Source: Nemertoderma westbladi
Taxonomy: Eukaryota > Animalia > Xenacoelomorpha
Length of the DNA stretch: 43,412 nucleotides
Reading direction: 5' to 3'
Assembly: GCA_032718475.1 (NCBI GenBank)
Contig: JAUCBJ010000047.1
Span: forward strand, 1 to 43,412
Shown: piece by piece, positions 1 to 10,732 of the stretch
Layout: every line of letters begins with the position of its first letter
Position numbering within the stretch: the first letter of the stretch is position 1
The notes under the pieces: generated by a model
What the model saw: only the letters and a program-made list of their open reading frames with translations
What the model was told of the DNA's origin: nothing
Databases searched by the model: none
Position numbers and translations under genes: made by a program

Positions 1-1724
1 GCGTCTATCACCGAAGGGGTGATTTCAAGAACAGGCCTAATTATTTCAGTCTCATCTACTATAGTAGGGAGTCTTTCTATTTTAATTATTTGGTCTGCGG
101 GCTCTGTACTACCTACTTTGGTGTTATTTAGTTGCCTTCTAACAGCTGGAGGCAAATCAGGCAATTTCTGCCGGTGGAATGTTCTTTTGTGTCTGCTTAG
201 ACGAGATCTATTTCCTTTGCCTTCAGTATCGGTGGTATCGCCTTCTTCAGATGATGTATATCCCTGTCTTTTGGGAGTAGATCGATTCATCATCTGCATA
301 TTACTAGCTGTTAACTGTTTACTGAAGTCGTCTTGCTTCTCTTGAAGCGTTTCCAACTCCAGTTGGGCGATCTCTTCAGCCGCTCTCCGTTCTGCTTCTG
401 CTGCTGCCGCTTTTGCCTCTGCCGCTGCTGCTTTTACCTCTGCCGCTGCTTCTGCTGCTTTTGCCTCTGCCTTTGCTACTGCCGCTTTTGCTTCTGCCGC
501 TGCTTCTGCTGCTGCCGCTTTTGCCTCTGCCTCTGCTTTTGCTGCGGCCTTTCTGTCTTCTATACGTTTTTTCCTTACTTGTTCTTCTTGTTCTCTAACG
601 ATGCGGAGTTGTTCATCGAATTTAGCCTGGTTCGCCGCTAACCTATCCACATCAATCGCATCTAACACAAGTTTGGCTCCTTCGCTATTAGGGCTAAGTC
701 CCTCTAGCCTTCTCCTCAACTCTTCATCTCCCACAAAACGCTGATAGTCTGACAGATAGATATCAATGGCATCCTTCTTATGCGGTTTCTCTGCCGTCGC
801 TTCACTTTCCACTTGGGAAAAAGTAGCGTCTGTTGATTCTCCATGGGTTGAGCGCTCCTCCAACTGAGCCTTCCACTGAGCTGCTCCTTGAACCTGGCGA
901 CTCACCCGTTGAAACCAAGTCTTTACGGCAACTTGCAACGACGTGTCTTGTCTTCTTTTAGAAGCCTCCTCAAAGGCGGATAAGATTAGCCTAATTCGCA
1001 GAACTCTTTCTCTAACTTGATAAAGCAGCGATCCCTGCTCTTGAGGTCCTTGAGGTTGTTGAAACAGTTGTCTCTCTACTCGCTCCATAGAGCTGAAGAA
1101 TCCCTGTGCGTATCCGGCTGCGGACCTCTTCCATACAGCTGGATCGATGGTTTCCTTGGCTACTCCCATCCGGTGTATGTCTTCCCAGGCAGCTTCTGAT
1201 AAATCAAACGGGAGTCCGGGTCCGGGGAAGTTCCATTGCGACTCGACAATAGACTTCAGTTCTTCACTAGTGTATCCCGCGTAACTATCTCTAGTTGACC
1301 GTTGACTTCTCGCCCAATCGATCTGGTGTTCTTCCACCGCGATCAATAACCCAGCGAGCACGGCTGCAGGAAGGATGAGAAGGGGATCCGTATAAACCGC
1401 ATCCGTCATCTCTGCTCCGCTCTCGGGTGTCAGCTCTACAGTATCCTCACTACTGGAGCTGCTGGGCCGCTGAGGAATAAGTTCTTGACTAGCGGGTTGT
1501 TGCTGTTCCGCTGCCTTTTGGTCCCGCTTGACCTGAGCTCGAGTGCCTATGATAGACCTACGATGTTGGACCAGCCTAGGTTCTGTTATTACTACTGGAG
1601 GGATGACCTTCCTCACAGTGGGAGGTGAACTGGATTTACGACCAGACGGTTGTACGTCTCTATCTGAGTCGCAGATAGTTACATCTAATAAACTGTCTGA
1701 CAGGTTCTGCTTAGTATCAGACAT
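1..1724 (-). CDS. Long uninterrupted ORF (>=574 codons), open at the left edge; unknown protein with an Ala/Glu/Lys coiled-coil tract, possibly a retrotransposon gag/ORF1
   Basis: Manual translation from the ATG at 1724 (MSDTKQNLSDSLLDVTICDSD...RKAAAKAEAEAKAAAAEAAAEAK...RPVLEITPSVID) meets no stop before base 1. It is absent from the ORF track, probably because it lacks a stop. The upstream region is repeat-rich. No diagnostic domain recognised. Confidence 0.6.
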   Translation of the reverse strand, partial: MSDTKQNLSDSLLDVTICDSDRDVQPSGRKSSSPPTVRKVIPPVVITEPRLVQHRRSIIGTRAQVKRDQKAAEQQQPASQELIPQRPSSSSSEDTVELTPESGAEMTDAVYTDPLLILPAAVLAGLLIAVEEHQIDWARSQRSTRDSYAGYTSEELKSIVESQWNFPGPGLPFDLSEAAWEDIHRMGVAKETIDPAVWKRSAAGYAQGFFSSMERVERQLFQQPQGPQEQGSLLYQVRERVLRIRLILSAFEEASKRRQDTSLQVAVKTWFQRVSRQVQGAAQWKAQLEERSTHGESTDATFSQVESEATAEKPHKKDAIDIYLSDYQRFVGDEELRRRLEGLSPNSEGAKLVLDAIDVDRLAANQAKFDEQLRIVREQEEQVRKKRIEDRKAAAKAEAEAKAAAAEAAAEAKAAVAKAEAKAAEAAAEVKAAAAEAKAAAAEAERRAAEEIAQLELETLQEKQDDFSKQLTASNMQMMNRSTPKRQGYTSSEEGDTTDTEGKGNRSRLSRHKRTFHRQKLPDLPPAVRRQLNNTKVGSTEPADQIIKIERLPTIVDETEIIRPVLEITPSVID

Positions 1725-3043
1725 GACTATGTATACCGTTGAATGTCTACTGCTGTATTACAGTCTGAGTAAGTCTAGTAACTCAGTATTAACTGCTAGC
1801 CTAGTAATTAATTACCGGTACTGCTACTCAGTGTAGCGTGATATATATATAATATATTAGAATACCGGTATTCTTATAGTATATATAACTATATAAGTAT
1901 TATTACAGACTAGGTTTATCACAGAATACCGGTATAATTTTAGCACAAATATATATAAATATATAATAGGCCTATCGGAATACCGGTATACAGCTTACAG
2001 TTTGTAGTATATATAATTCTGGAATAGAATTAATTACAAGTACCGGTATAATTTCAGCCTAGATTTATAGAAATAAGATAATAGGCCTATCGTAAATACC
2101 GGTATATCAATTATTTTAGAATAATTGAATTTCTGAACTTTAGGGTTACTTGGTTACTTTAACTTACTTTATTACCGTTATTTAAGCAGTAATCCAACTG
2201 ATATTGAGACCTAATGGTTTTATGGTAGGCCTACTATTTATAAATCGTTAGATTTGATTTATAATGTATTTATACCCGTTTTAATGGGTTTAGTCAATGT
2301 TTGAAATAAATGTTATTATTTCTGGGGTAATCACTACACAAAGCGGTGCGCTTTTAGTGAAGTGTTACGTATAGGACACTAAAACAAATAATTCTAATTT
2401 ACCTAAGTTACTTAATACTACAAATTACGTACAATTCGGGTGAGATTACAATCTCTAAATAAATGCAAAAATTTACAAAAAACACAAAATACGAATTTTT
2501 AGGGTAATTTTACAAGAAGTCTACAAACCAGCCTAACAAAGGGTTAGAAAACTGGTTATTACAACGGACAGGGTACTGCGGTATTTGAAAATAATACGTA
2601 GTAGTAAATACACTGCGTTGTCTAGATAGAAAAATACCACCGCCTGACGACCTATAGCCGTATCGCTATAGGTTCTACGTTATGTATCACGGAGTGTTCC
2701 TACCTAGAAGTTAATAGAGCTAATCGAATGTGCCTATCAACCACTTTACAACACAAATATAATGCCTACACTAATTACTTCGGAAAGTACTGTACACTAA
2801 ACCCTAAATTAGGTACGAGTACTTGTACAACAGATAATCAGTAGTTAAATATACTTGAACAGCTAAAAGAACCACGGCATCTGCTGGAGTGACCGATGCA
2901 CAAAATCACCAGTCTTTACCTACGCCGAGCAGCCCGTGTAGTACCGGGGTTAATTTAACTATAGCGGTATGTATAACAAACACAATTACTGTAGGAACAA
3001 ACTTGGGGAATGAATGTTGCGGATAATCGCATAAACTCTGAAT

Positions 3044-3620
3044 AATAAATATTACGCTACGCGTACAAACTACTCAAACAAAATGCAGACCGAACACTGA
3101 CAGACTACTATCAAGCCTAAACAAACTACGGTATATGCAGACTCCGAAATAATTAGGTAGTATGCGTTCTAACCCAGTAGTACGACTTATTCTTTAGTTG
3201 GGGGTTTACCTTACAGCATTCGCTGCCCCTACTTCCTAACCGTTCTTTATCGGACAAGTGATCTACACACGCTGCAATCCGTTCAGCCCTAATAACAGCC
3301 AGACAACTATCCAGCCTACAAATTATCTAAATAAATATTATACGCTACCCGTACAGACTTACACAAACAAAGTACAGACTAAACGATGGCAGACTACTCT
3401 CAAGCCTAAATAAACTACAGGACATGCAGACTCCGAAATAATTAGGTAGTATGCGTTCTAACCCAGTAGTACGACTTATTCTTTAGTTGGGGGTTTACCT
3501 TACAGCATTCGCTGCCCCTACTTCCTAATCGTTCTTTATCGGACAGGTGATCTACACACACTGCAATCCGTTCAGACCTAACAGCAATCAGACAACAGCT
3601 CAGCCTACAAATTGTCTGTA
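3044..3620. repeat. Tandem duplication, about 289-bp unit x2
   Basis: The block atgcagactccgaaataattaggtagtatgcgttctaacccagtagtacgac... occurs near-identically at 3135 and 3424. Confidence 0.9.
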
Positions 3621-3788
3621 CAATCTGATCAGGCTTGCACGCCTTCTGTTCAATACTGGCCTACAAATAAATAAAACTGACAGAAATAAGTAAGCTCCAA
3701 AAGAAACAAGGGGTGTACAGTCCCTAATCTCTTAAACAGCCTACCGGTATACAACAATCAAATCGAATAATACTAATGTACTTATACG

Positions 3789-3915
3789 GAAGTACCGGTT
3801 AGGACAGTTGGGCCTACGGACCTACAGAAGTACCGGTTCTGGCAGTTGGACCTACGGGCCTACAGCAGTACCGGTTCTGGCAGTTGGGCCTACTGACCTA
3901 CAGAAGTACCGGTTC
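3789..3915. repeat. 38-bp tandem repeat, about 3.3 copies
   Basis: Units resembling gaagtaccggttctggcagttggacctacgggcctaca start at 3789, 3827, 3865 and 3903. Confidence 0.9.
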
Positions 3916-5164
3916 AAGTTTACCGGTTGACCGGTATTTTCAACTTTATTGCTTACTGCAATAAAGAAACATATATCCTTTAATGTTCGCGCTTTCAGAC
4001 CTTTGGCAGTTTAACCCACCAAATTAAGATGTCTTCTAGATATTAAATCTGTTTTTAGTCTATGACAAGTATTTGATTCACTACACTAGTCGAAACCAAT
4101 CTGTGCGCGATCATTCACCCGCTGGATATTCCCGGGAGATTGGGTTCGACGGTTTAATTTTATTGCTATGTAAGCCTAATGTATTATTCGACTGACAGTA
4201 CTATATAATCTCTGACAATGTTATTCACCTTCGGTAATATTAACAGTTCCTTTAGGACGTGGCGCTTTATCTATATAAACAGAGTTATGACTTAAACTAC
4301 TCACAACGATATGGCTTAATTATAATTCACATATATGGCGCATTCTTTAGGAATTGCTTCTTTAACAGACTCACTCATACACATGCTGCACAATACTGCA
4401 CACTAATCTGCCAATCTTCACTGATTTTAGTCACATATAAAAGGAACACAGGCTGACTCATGTAGGGTCTATCAAATAACATTAGATTCACTTCAAACCA
4501 CTTTAACATAAGTCACAATCGTTATTGGTAACCTTTCTCTCTTACCTTCGGTATATCAAGAATATTGGGTTTCGGGGTTATTTATCGTTATTCCAAATAT
4601 AATAATTCATCAACCATATTATGAAGAACTGACAGTAAATAGCAGTATAAAACAACAACTGAACACTGATTGTTATGAGTTTGCAATGTTTCAGCAGTCA
4701 GGATGTATGATCAGTCAGCAGTCCGCAGTAGTCGTTAGTTAAAGGATATATGCCCTTTATAATTAAACCTACTAGTGTAAGACTAAAAACAGTAAAGCAC
4801 AAAATACTTCCAAGCCGTTCTTTCTTTGGCTCAGGACTGAATGTAAACACTGCACATAGGCATTGCGTCATTTCTCGGAAATTTTCTGTACAAGGAGCCA
4901 CAAAAACGCTCTAATTGGCTGACTGAACTGAGAGACGCCGTAGAACAAAGGAAATCAACACGTATGAATGTCAGCTGTTAACCGTAGTCATAGTAACTAC
5001 TGTTCAAGAGTAGCTATCACCCCTTTGCGTCACGAATTGCCATAGAATCATAAAATATGCCTTTCACAGTACACATACGGAGGAAATAGGTCTTAGATCC
5101 TCTAAAAACACCGATACAGCAATAATACGGTCTCTTACACTTATTAAATCAACTACAGAGTATT

Positions 5165-5870
5165 TTAATGTAAAAGATAATAAAAATAACGGGGCAATTC
5201 AGCAAAGGCTTTTACAGTATGAAAAGTATCGAACTGCTTATCAAAAGGTAATGAATCCCTAGAAGTCCAATTTGAAGTATTTTCTAAGTCCTGAAGAAAA
5301 GTATCCTTATTAAAATTAGAATAATCATATACATTTTTATACATCGGCTGAGCAAAAAACATCGAGTAATTTTTCAGTACTAAAAAAGGTGGTAAATGGT
5401 CTGTGGATCCAATTTCAGACAAGAATACTCCCGGGTTACAAATAGACGTGTTTATATTAGTTATGATGTGATCTAGCAATGTTCTAGAATGCGGAGTTAT
5501 TCTTGTTGCTTTCGTAATTAGTTGGGTGAAACCTTTGGATGCCAAAATATTGGTATATTTATTTTGTATTAATTTGTTATTACCACCTAATAAATCGATG
5601 TTAGTATCGCTCGTTATAATAACTTCAAACTCAAGAAGAGATACTAATTTAGATTCAAGATAATCTCAAATTAGATTAATATCAGATTTTTGTGATCGAT
5701 AGTAACACCCAATAATTAATGGTTTACTTGGATGAGGCCGATTAATTTGAGCCCAGGAGCTTTCTATGTAATCACAATTAATTTTTAAATCATCACGAAT
5801 TCTAAAATCGAAATTATCACGAATATAGATCGCCGTGCCTCCTCTAGACTGTTTCCCTTTTATTCGAAAA
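5165..5870 (-). mobile_element. Degenerate non-LTR retrotransposon (CR1/L2-group-like) AP-endonuclease fragment
   Basis: Minus-strand motifs RGGTAIYIR, IIGCYYR, DTNIDLL, TRITPHSRTLLDHIITN and STDHLP are typical of LINE APE domains; the frame is disrupted. Confidence 0.85.
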
Positions 5871-6730
5871 TCGCATATCGACGTCGACGTCTGACAGACA
5901 AACAGACAGTATGGATGCCATGAAAGCTGACATCGGAAGTGAAATCTCCAACCAGGAAAATAGCGGAGGGAACTCAGATAGGCGGTGTGCTTTTCTTATC
6001 TGTCAGATTATTCTAGAACGTTACAATTTTTTAAATGCTAGGTACTTATTGCTACTTGTTTTGAGCAATGTTCTATACCTTGTTAGATATTTTATATAAA
6101 GTTCATGTTTGTAGAATAAGTATTTTTTGTTCTAGAATATGTTTAAATATTTCCATAATTTTTTTAGAATATTATCTTTTTATAAACTTACAGTATATCT
6201 TTTTAAACAGCGCGTTTTTGCTAATTTGTTTTTGATAAAATTCTAGAATATGTTAGCAATTAATTAAAATTCTTCAATAGAATTTAAGAACGATATGAAA
6301 AGTGCTGATATCAAAGCAAGGGATAACTTTCAATTTAATTAAATTTAAATTAATATTTTTTAAAATAAATATTTCCATTTTTGAATAAAATTACTAATAA
6401 ATTTAAAATTTAATTTAATTTTCTGGAAAAAATATATTTTTTTATAATGATGTTTATCTACGGTGGGTTATCCACTCTTATAACATTTGTAAAAAACTTT
6501 ATTGCGTATTTATGAATTAATCCGCTTGTTGCCATAATAATTACCGAAGTGTTCCAGAGCTTCGTATTGTGATGGTAAATATCACTTAGGTGTCCTAAAC
6601 TATTGGCCATGCAGCCTGAATTTACTAGCTAACTTGAGGGTTTAGATTACATAGTAAACACAGTGGAAATTTCAGGTAAATAAAAAAATGAAATATTTTG
6701 TAAAAATTGGTCATGTTTATTTTTCTTCCT

Positions 6731-7600
6731 CTACACCTACTATTACTACTACTACTACTAGGTCGAGCGAACTCGGACAGTGGAAATGAGATCCTTCCAG
6801 GCTTCCCGATTCTCCATAGTTGTCGCAATTTAGTTTCTCCTAAGTTCAGTATCCCTTTCAAGTTGATCTATATATGTTACGGCCGGTCGTCCACGACTAC
6901 GCTTTCCATGAGTTGGTTGCCAGAGAAGTAGATCTGGTATGACCTCGTCTTTACTTCGCCAGCAGTGCCCACTGAATCTTAATCTGCGTTCACGGAGGGT
7001 GGTTGATACAGGTGGTATTGTACCATAAAGCTCGGCGTTTATCATGTATTGTCTCCAGCTGATGTTTAGGGCTGCCCGGCACTACTATGTCTTGTACACA
7101 CCCCCCCCCCCCCCCCCACTTTTGTTTTAGAACATATTTATTGTTCTAGAACACATTTATTATGTTCTAGAACAAAATTTATTTTGATAAAAAAAAATAT
7201 TATTGTTCTAGAACAAATTTTTTTTCTAGAATTTATTTTTATTTTTCCAGTTTCTATAGTAATTATATATTTCGAGAATACTAGATTAGTAGTGCCGGGC
7301 TGCCCTTAGTAGTCTTGTGTAGCAACCATCAATTTGTTGTTCAAGTGATTTAGTCAGTGTCCAGGTCTCACCCCCGTATAAAAATACACTTTCCACTGTG
7401 GCTCGAAAGAACTTAGTCTTCAGGTGCCTGGAGAGATCTGATTTCCAGATAGTATCCATTTTTGATAGAGCTACCCAAGCCTTTGCTTTCCTAACTTCTA
7501 TGTCCTTTTTGCTACTCTCTATCCATGATCCAAGGTACTGGAAGTCATCGACCTTCCTTAGTTGGTTATTATCAATGGTTGTCAAGTTTCCATCAACATC
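6731..7600 (-). mobile_element. 5'-truncated RTE-like LINE 3' end with a (TAG)n tail, interrupted by a MITE
   Basis: VDDFQYLGSWI...FFRATVESVFLYGGETWTLT...LLRAA continues across the insertion as LNISW...RERRLRFSGHCWR...GKRSRGRP. A tandem TAG tail lies at about 6735-6760 on the minus strand. Confidence 0.9.
7078..7296. mobile_element. 219-bp non-autonomous DNA transposon (MITE) with a 9-bp TSD; Merlin- or Mutator-like
   Basis: TIRs GGCACTACTA (7078-7087) and TAGTAGTGCC (7287-7296); direct repeat GGGCTGCCC at 7069-7077 and 7297-7305. Removing the element and one TSD restores the LINE reading frame. Confidence 0.9.
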
Positions 7601-8957
7601 AACAACATCCTCTGCACCAGTCCTACAAAATTACTACAGTTTAAATGTTCTAGAACGATCGATAGCTAGTTAGCACAACTTTTGGCTCTATAGCTAACCA
7701 ATTTTGGTAACTAATTGACCTACATCAAGTTTTGCAAACCTCTGAACGTTGATACATTGTTCTAGAACGTTTACCTATTTGAAAGTATAGAATTGCTATA
7801 GCTCATTTAAACATGAGAAACTTGGCTATAATGCAGTAAGTAATGTGTGTTGTGAGTCCATGAATTTAGAATTTGAGAAATTCATAAAATATTTGTTAAT
7901 AAAGACTCCGGTCATATATCTTAAATTTCATGGTAGCTTGTCATTTTTGATGTCGCTCAAGCTATTTTTCATATATGATTGATTGATTGATATTGAGTAA
8001 AATATATAAAAGTTGAGGTACGTAAACGTGTTGAGGTCCCCACGACCATTATATTTACTTGAATAATACTTGTTATACAAAGTTAATTTAACCCGAACCA
8101 CAAGTCAAATATTTCATTAATGGGGTTCACAGACCATATTTAATTTAATGCTAAGGTCTAAGGTAGTCCAGCGCAATTTAGCTAGCGACCGTATATTTCC
8201 ACTTAGCAATTCCAAATCCTAGAATAATAATACAGTGAAGTAAAGTACAAGGTACTGCTTCAGTACGCGTACACACACCCCACCAAATTTGTATTTGCAT
8301 TAAATGTACCAGAACATGTCAGCTATTTTATTTTGAAAAAGTAATGTTCTAGAACAAATATTTTTTGTTCTAGAACATTTTAAAGCCTGGTTTATAATTG
8401 AAAAGCATGGGATGGTTATAAAACGTGTATAAAATATATTTTTTTAATATTGAGTGACATTTTTAAATTAAATTATGATGATAGCTAGTAAAGCTAATGG
8501 TAGCTAATAAATAATAAACGAAACGATAAAACCAATTTACACAAGAGTCATTTGTTAAAATTTCAAATTATTTTTTTACTACTAGTACCTTTTAAAAAGT
8601 AGGCCTACTAGCTAACACAAAATCAAAATTACTAGCTACAATCTTACTGGCAGAAGGTCAAATATAAACCTTCATATGAAAGAAATTGGTCAAAAAATGG
8701 GTACCCAATACATAAAATTTTACCCAATACATAAAAATTTGAGATACATAGGGCCTATGCTACTAACTATTGCCCCAGAACGTTTACTACGCACAAAGTG
8801 GCACATAGTGTATAGGACTAGCTAGTTTTTGCAAAAGAAAAATGGTATGTTTCCACTACTTAAAAAGTTATTATATTCGGAGTCATGGTTTGTTAGTATA
8901 AACACGACCTCTTATCTTTGAAATTAGTTTCAACCTGATAAAAGCAATTTGTGAAAG

Positions 8958-10214
8958 ATGGATGTTATAGTTAATCAAAAAATATCGAACTTAGATATTG
9001 GTATCCACCACGAAGAGATTGCTGAATCTCACGCCCGCGGGATAATGGCTATTCATCTCAAAATATGTCGGCAGGTTAATATTAGTAACTTTTCCGTAAT
9101 GAGCAAAGAATTCGCATTGCAAATTACCCTGAAACTCAACAACCTTTCCCATAAATCAAAAGTAATCAAAGTGGACGCAAGTCAGACAGGCGAGTCGCAT
9201 GCGAAACAAAATATTCTGGAAATGGTATGTTTCGACGAGGTTAAACACATCCCCGTTGATGTGAGTAACTTTTACGAGGACGAAATTAACTTTGTCACGT
9301 TGACGGTGATGGGACAAGAAGAGGAAGATGTGCCGCGAGTGATAGGATCGGCTCGGTTTCATCTTTACGACGCGGTTAAAATATCCTTCCTCTCTCGGAG
9401 CCACGAACTGCGACGCAAGAAGATGGTGACCGGCTACCTCGACGCTGACATCGTGTTCCGTTACGGCACTTTCGGTTTTGGATTCAGTGAGATGCTAGAA
9501 GATCAGCAACGACCCATCTCCGATCAACTCGCCAACTCCTTGTTCCTTAGGATAAGACCACCCACCCCCAACTTCACTGTCCCCCACATCGGGGTGCTTC
9601 TTAGCTACCCCAAGGAGCATCCGCCATTCTTGCCTTTCACTGAAAAGGTTAGTCTTGTCTCACCCGACCATATGTTGCCGATTGGGCCCTTTGCGGATGA
9701 GGATTGGCTGGAAGGGGATAAATGTAAGATGGAACATTTAATGAAGAAGAGCGGGCCGAGATTGTCACACTTGTTCTCTGAGTATCAGAAGTTGCCCTAC
9801 AGGAAACAACGTAATCGTTTCATACGGAATCTATTGCGGATGCAAACCGAAGATGATGTTATCATGTTGGGGGCTTTGAAGGATCCCGGTAAGGCGCAGC
9901 CGGATGCGGAACCGGATACCGGAAAGACTGAAAATCAGTGGTTGATTCCGGCTCTGGATATGACCAACTCGAGCGCGGGATCCAGCGAATCGATCGTATT
10001 GTCCCCGTCTCCCCATTTCATGAACGCGTCCTACGCTGAGCGCGGAGTGTTGGGTCGGTGGTGGAACGGCTTCACCTCCTTCTGTTGTCCGTGGAGGTCG
10101 CGGACAGTGGAAACTCCGTATTCGATGATGACAATGATGAAGACGCCCGCGACAGTTGCGGACGAAGGGATGCCCACTATCCCAAAGATCAGGGTCAGTA
10201 AAACGAGGGGATAG
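8958..10214 (+). CDS. C2CD6: Single-ORF C2-domain protein of the C2CD6/ALS2CR11 (CatSper targeting subunit tau) family, 418 aa
   Basis: Motifs GIMAIHLKICR, FDEVKH, IGSARFHLYD, FRYGTFGFGFS, SLFLRIRPP and EHPPFL occur in the same order as the recalled ALS2CR11 motifs (AVHIK.CR, FDEVKY, LGS..VHLYE, FSYGNFGYGFS, SMFMNIAPP, EYPAFL). GC content is higher than the flanks. Confidence 0.75.
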   Translation: MDVIVNQKISNLDIGIHHEEIAESHARGIMAIHLKICRQVNISNFSVMSKEFALQITLKLNNLSHKSKVIKVDASQTGESHAKQNILEMVCFDEVKHIPVDVSNFYEDEINFVTLTVMGQEEEDVPRVIGSARFHLYDAVKISFLSRSHELRRKKMVTGYLDADIVFRYGTFGFGFSEMLEDQQRPISDQLANSLFLRIRPPTPNFTVPHIGVLLSYPKEHPPFLPFTEKVSLVSPDHMLPIGPFADEDWLEGDKCKMEHLMKKSGPRLSHLFSEYQKLPYRKQRNRFIRNLLRMQTEDDVIMLGALKDPGKAQPDAEPDTGKTENQWLIPALDMTNSSAGSSESIVLSPSPHFMNASYAERGVLGRWWNGFTSFCCPWRSRTVETPYSMMTMMKTPATVADEGMPTIPKIRVSKTRG

Positions 10215-10732
10215 TACCGTAAATTATTTGTGTGAATATTAAATTAATAGCAACTATCGATATTAACAGAAGATTCAAAATTAATTTTGTGTACTGTACA
10301 GCATTCATCAACTGATGATTGATTTAATGTATTCAAAGACCTTGGAGGAATGTGAGCGATGATTATTTATTGAAATTGAAAATGGAAACTTTTCTAGAGA
10401 ATGATGTGTATTTTGAGAAATAATAAGAACGAATCCTCCAGATAGGTTTACCGCATTACATTTTTGAGGATAAGAAACATAATCCGTTTACTCAATCAAT
10501 AAATGGTTTTATTTGATTGTTAGAGGGTGTTAATATTCCATTTGTAAAGAAGACTTCTGTATTCTAACTGATGGTTACTACTGCTATTTGTTATTTCAAC
10601 TGGCGAATGTTTAAAACTATAATACTCTAAACTAAATGCAATAACAACAGTCAACACGCGCAATTAGCAATTTTAATTTAGTATTATTTATTAATAATTA
10701 GTTCAGAGTTTCAATTACAACCATCCCTGAGG

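Noticed and set aside
19-1836. Plus-strand ORFs, including the Cys-rich 333-641 and Leu-rich 413-598
   Set aside because: They are antisense shadows of the long minus-strand ORF and its Ala/Glu/Lys repeat.
4888-4900. Possible tRNA primer-binding site TGGCTCC on the minus strand
   Set aside because: Only about 7 nt resemble a tRNA 3' end, and there is no adjacent LTR-terminal CA.
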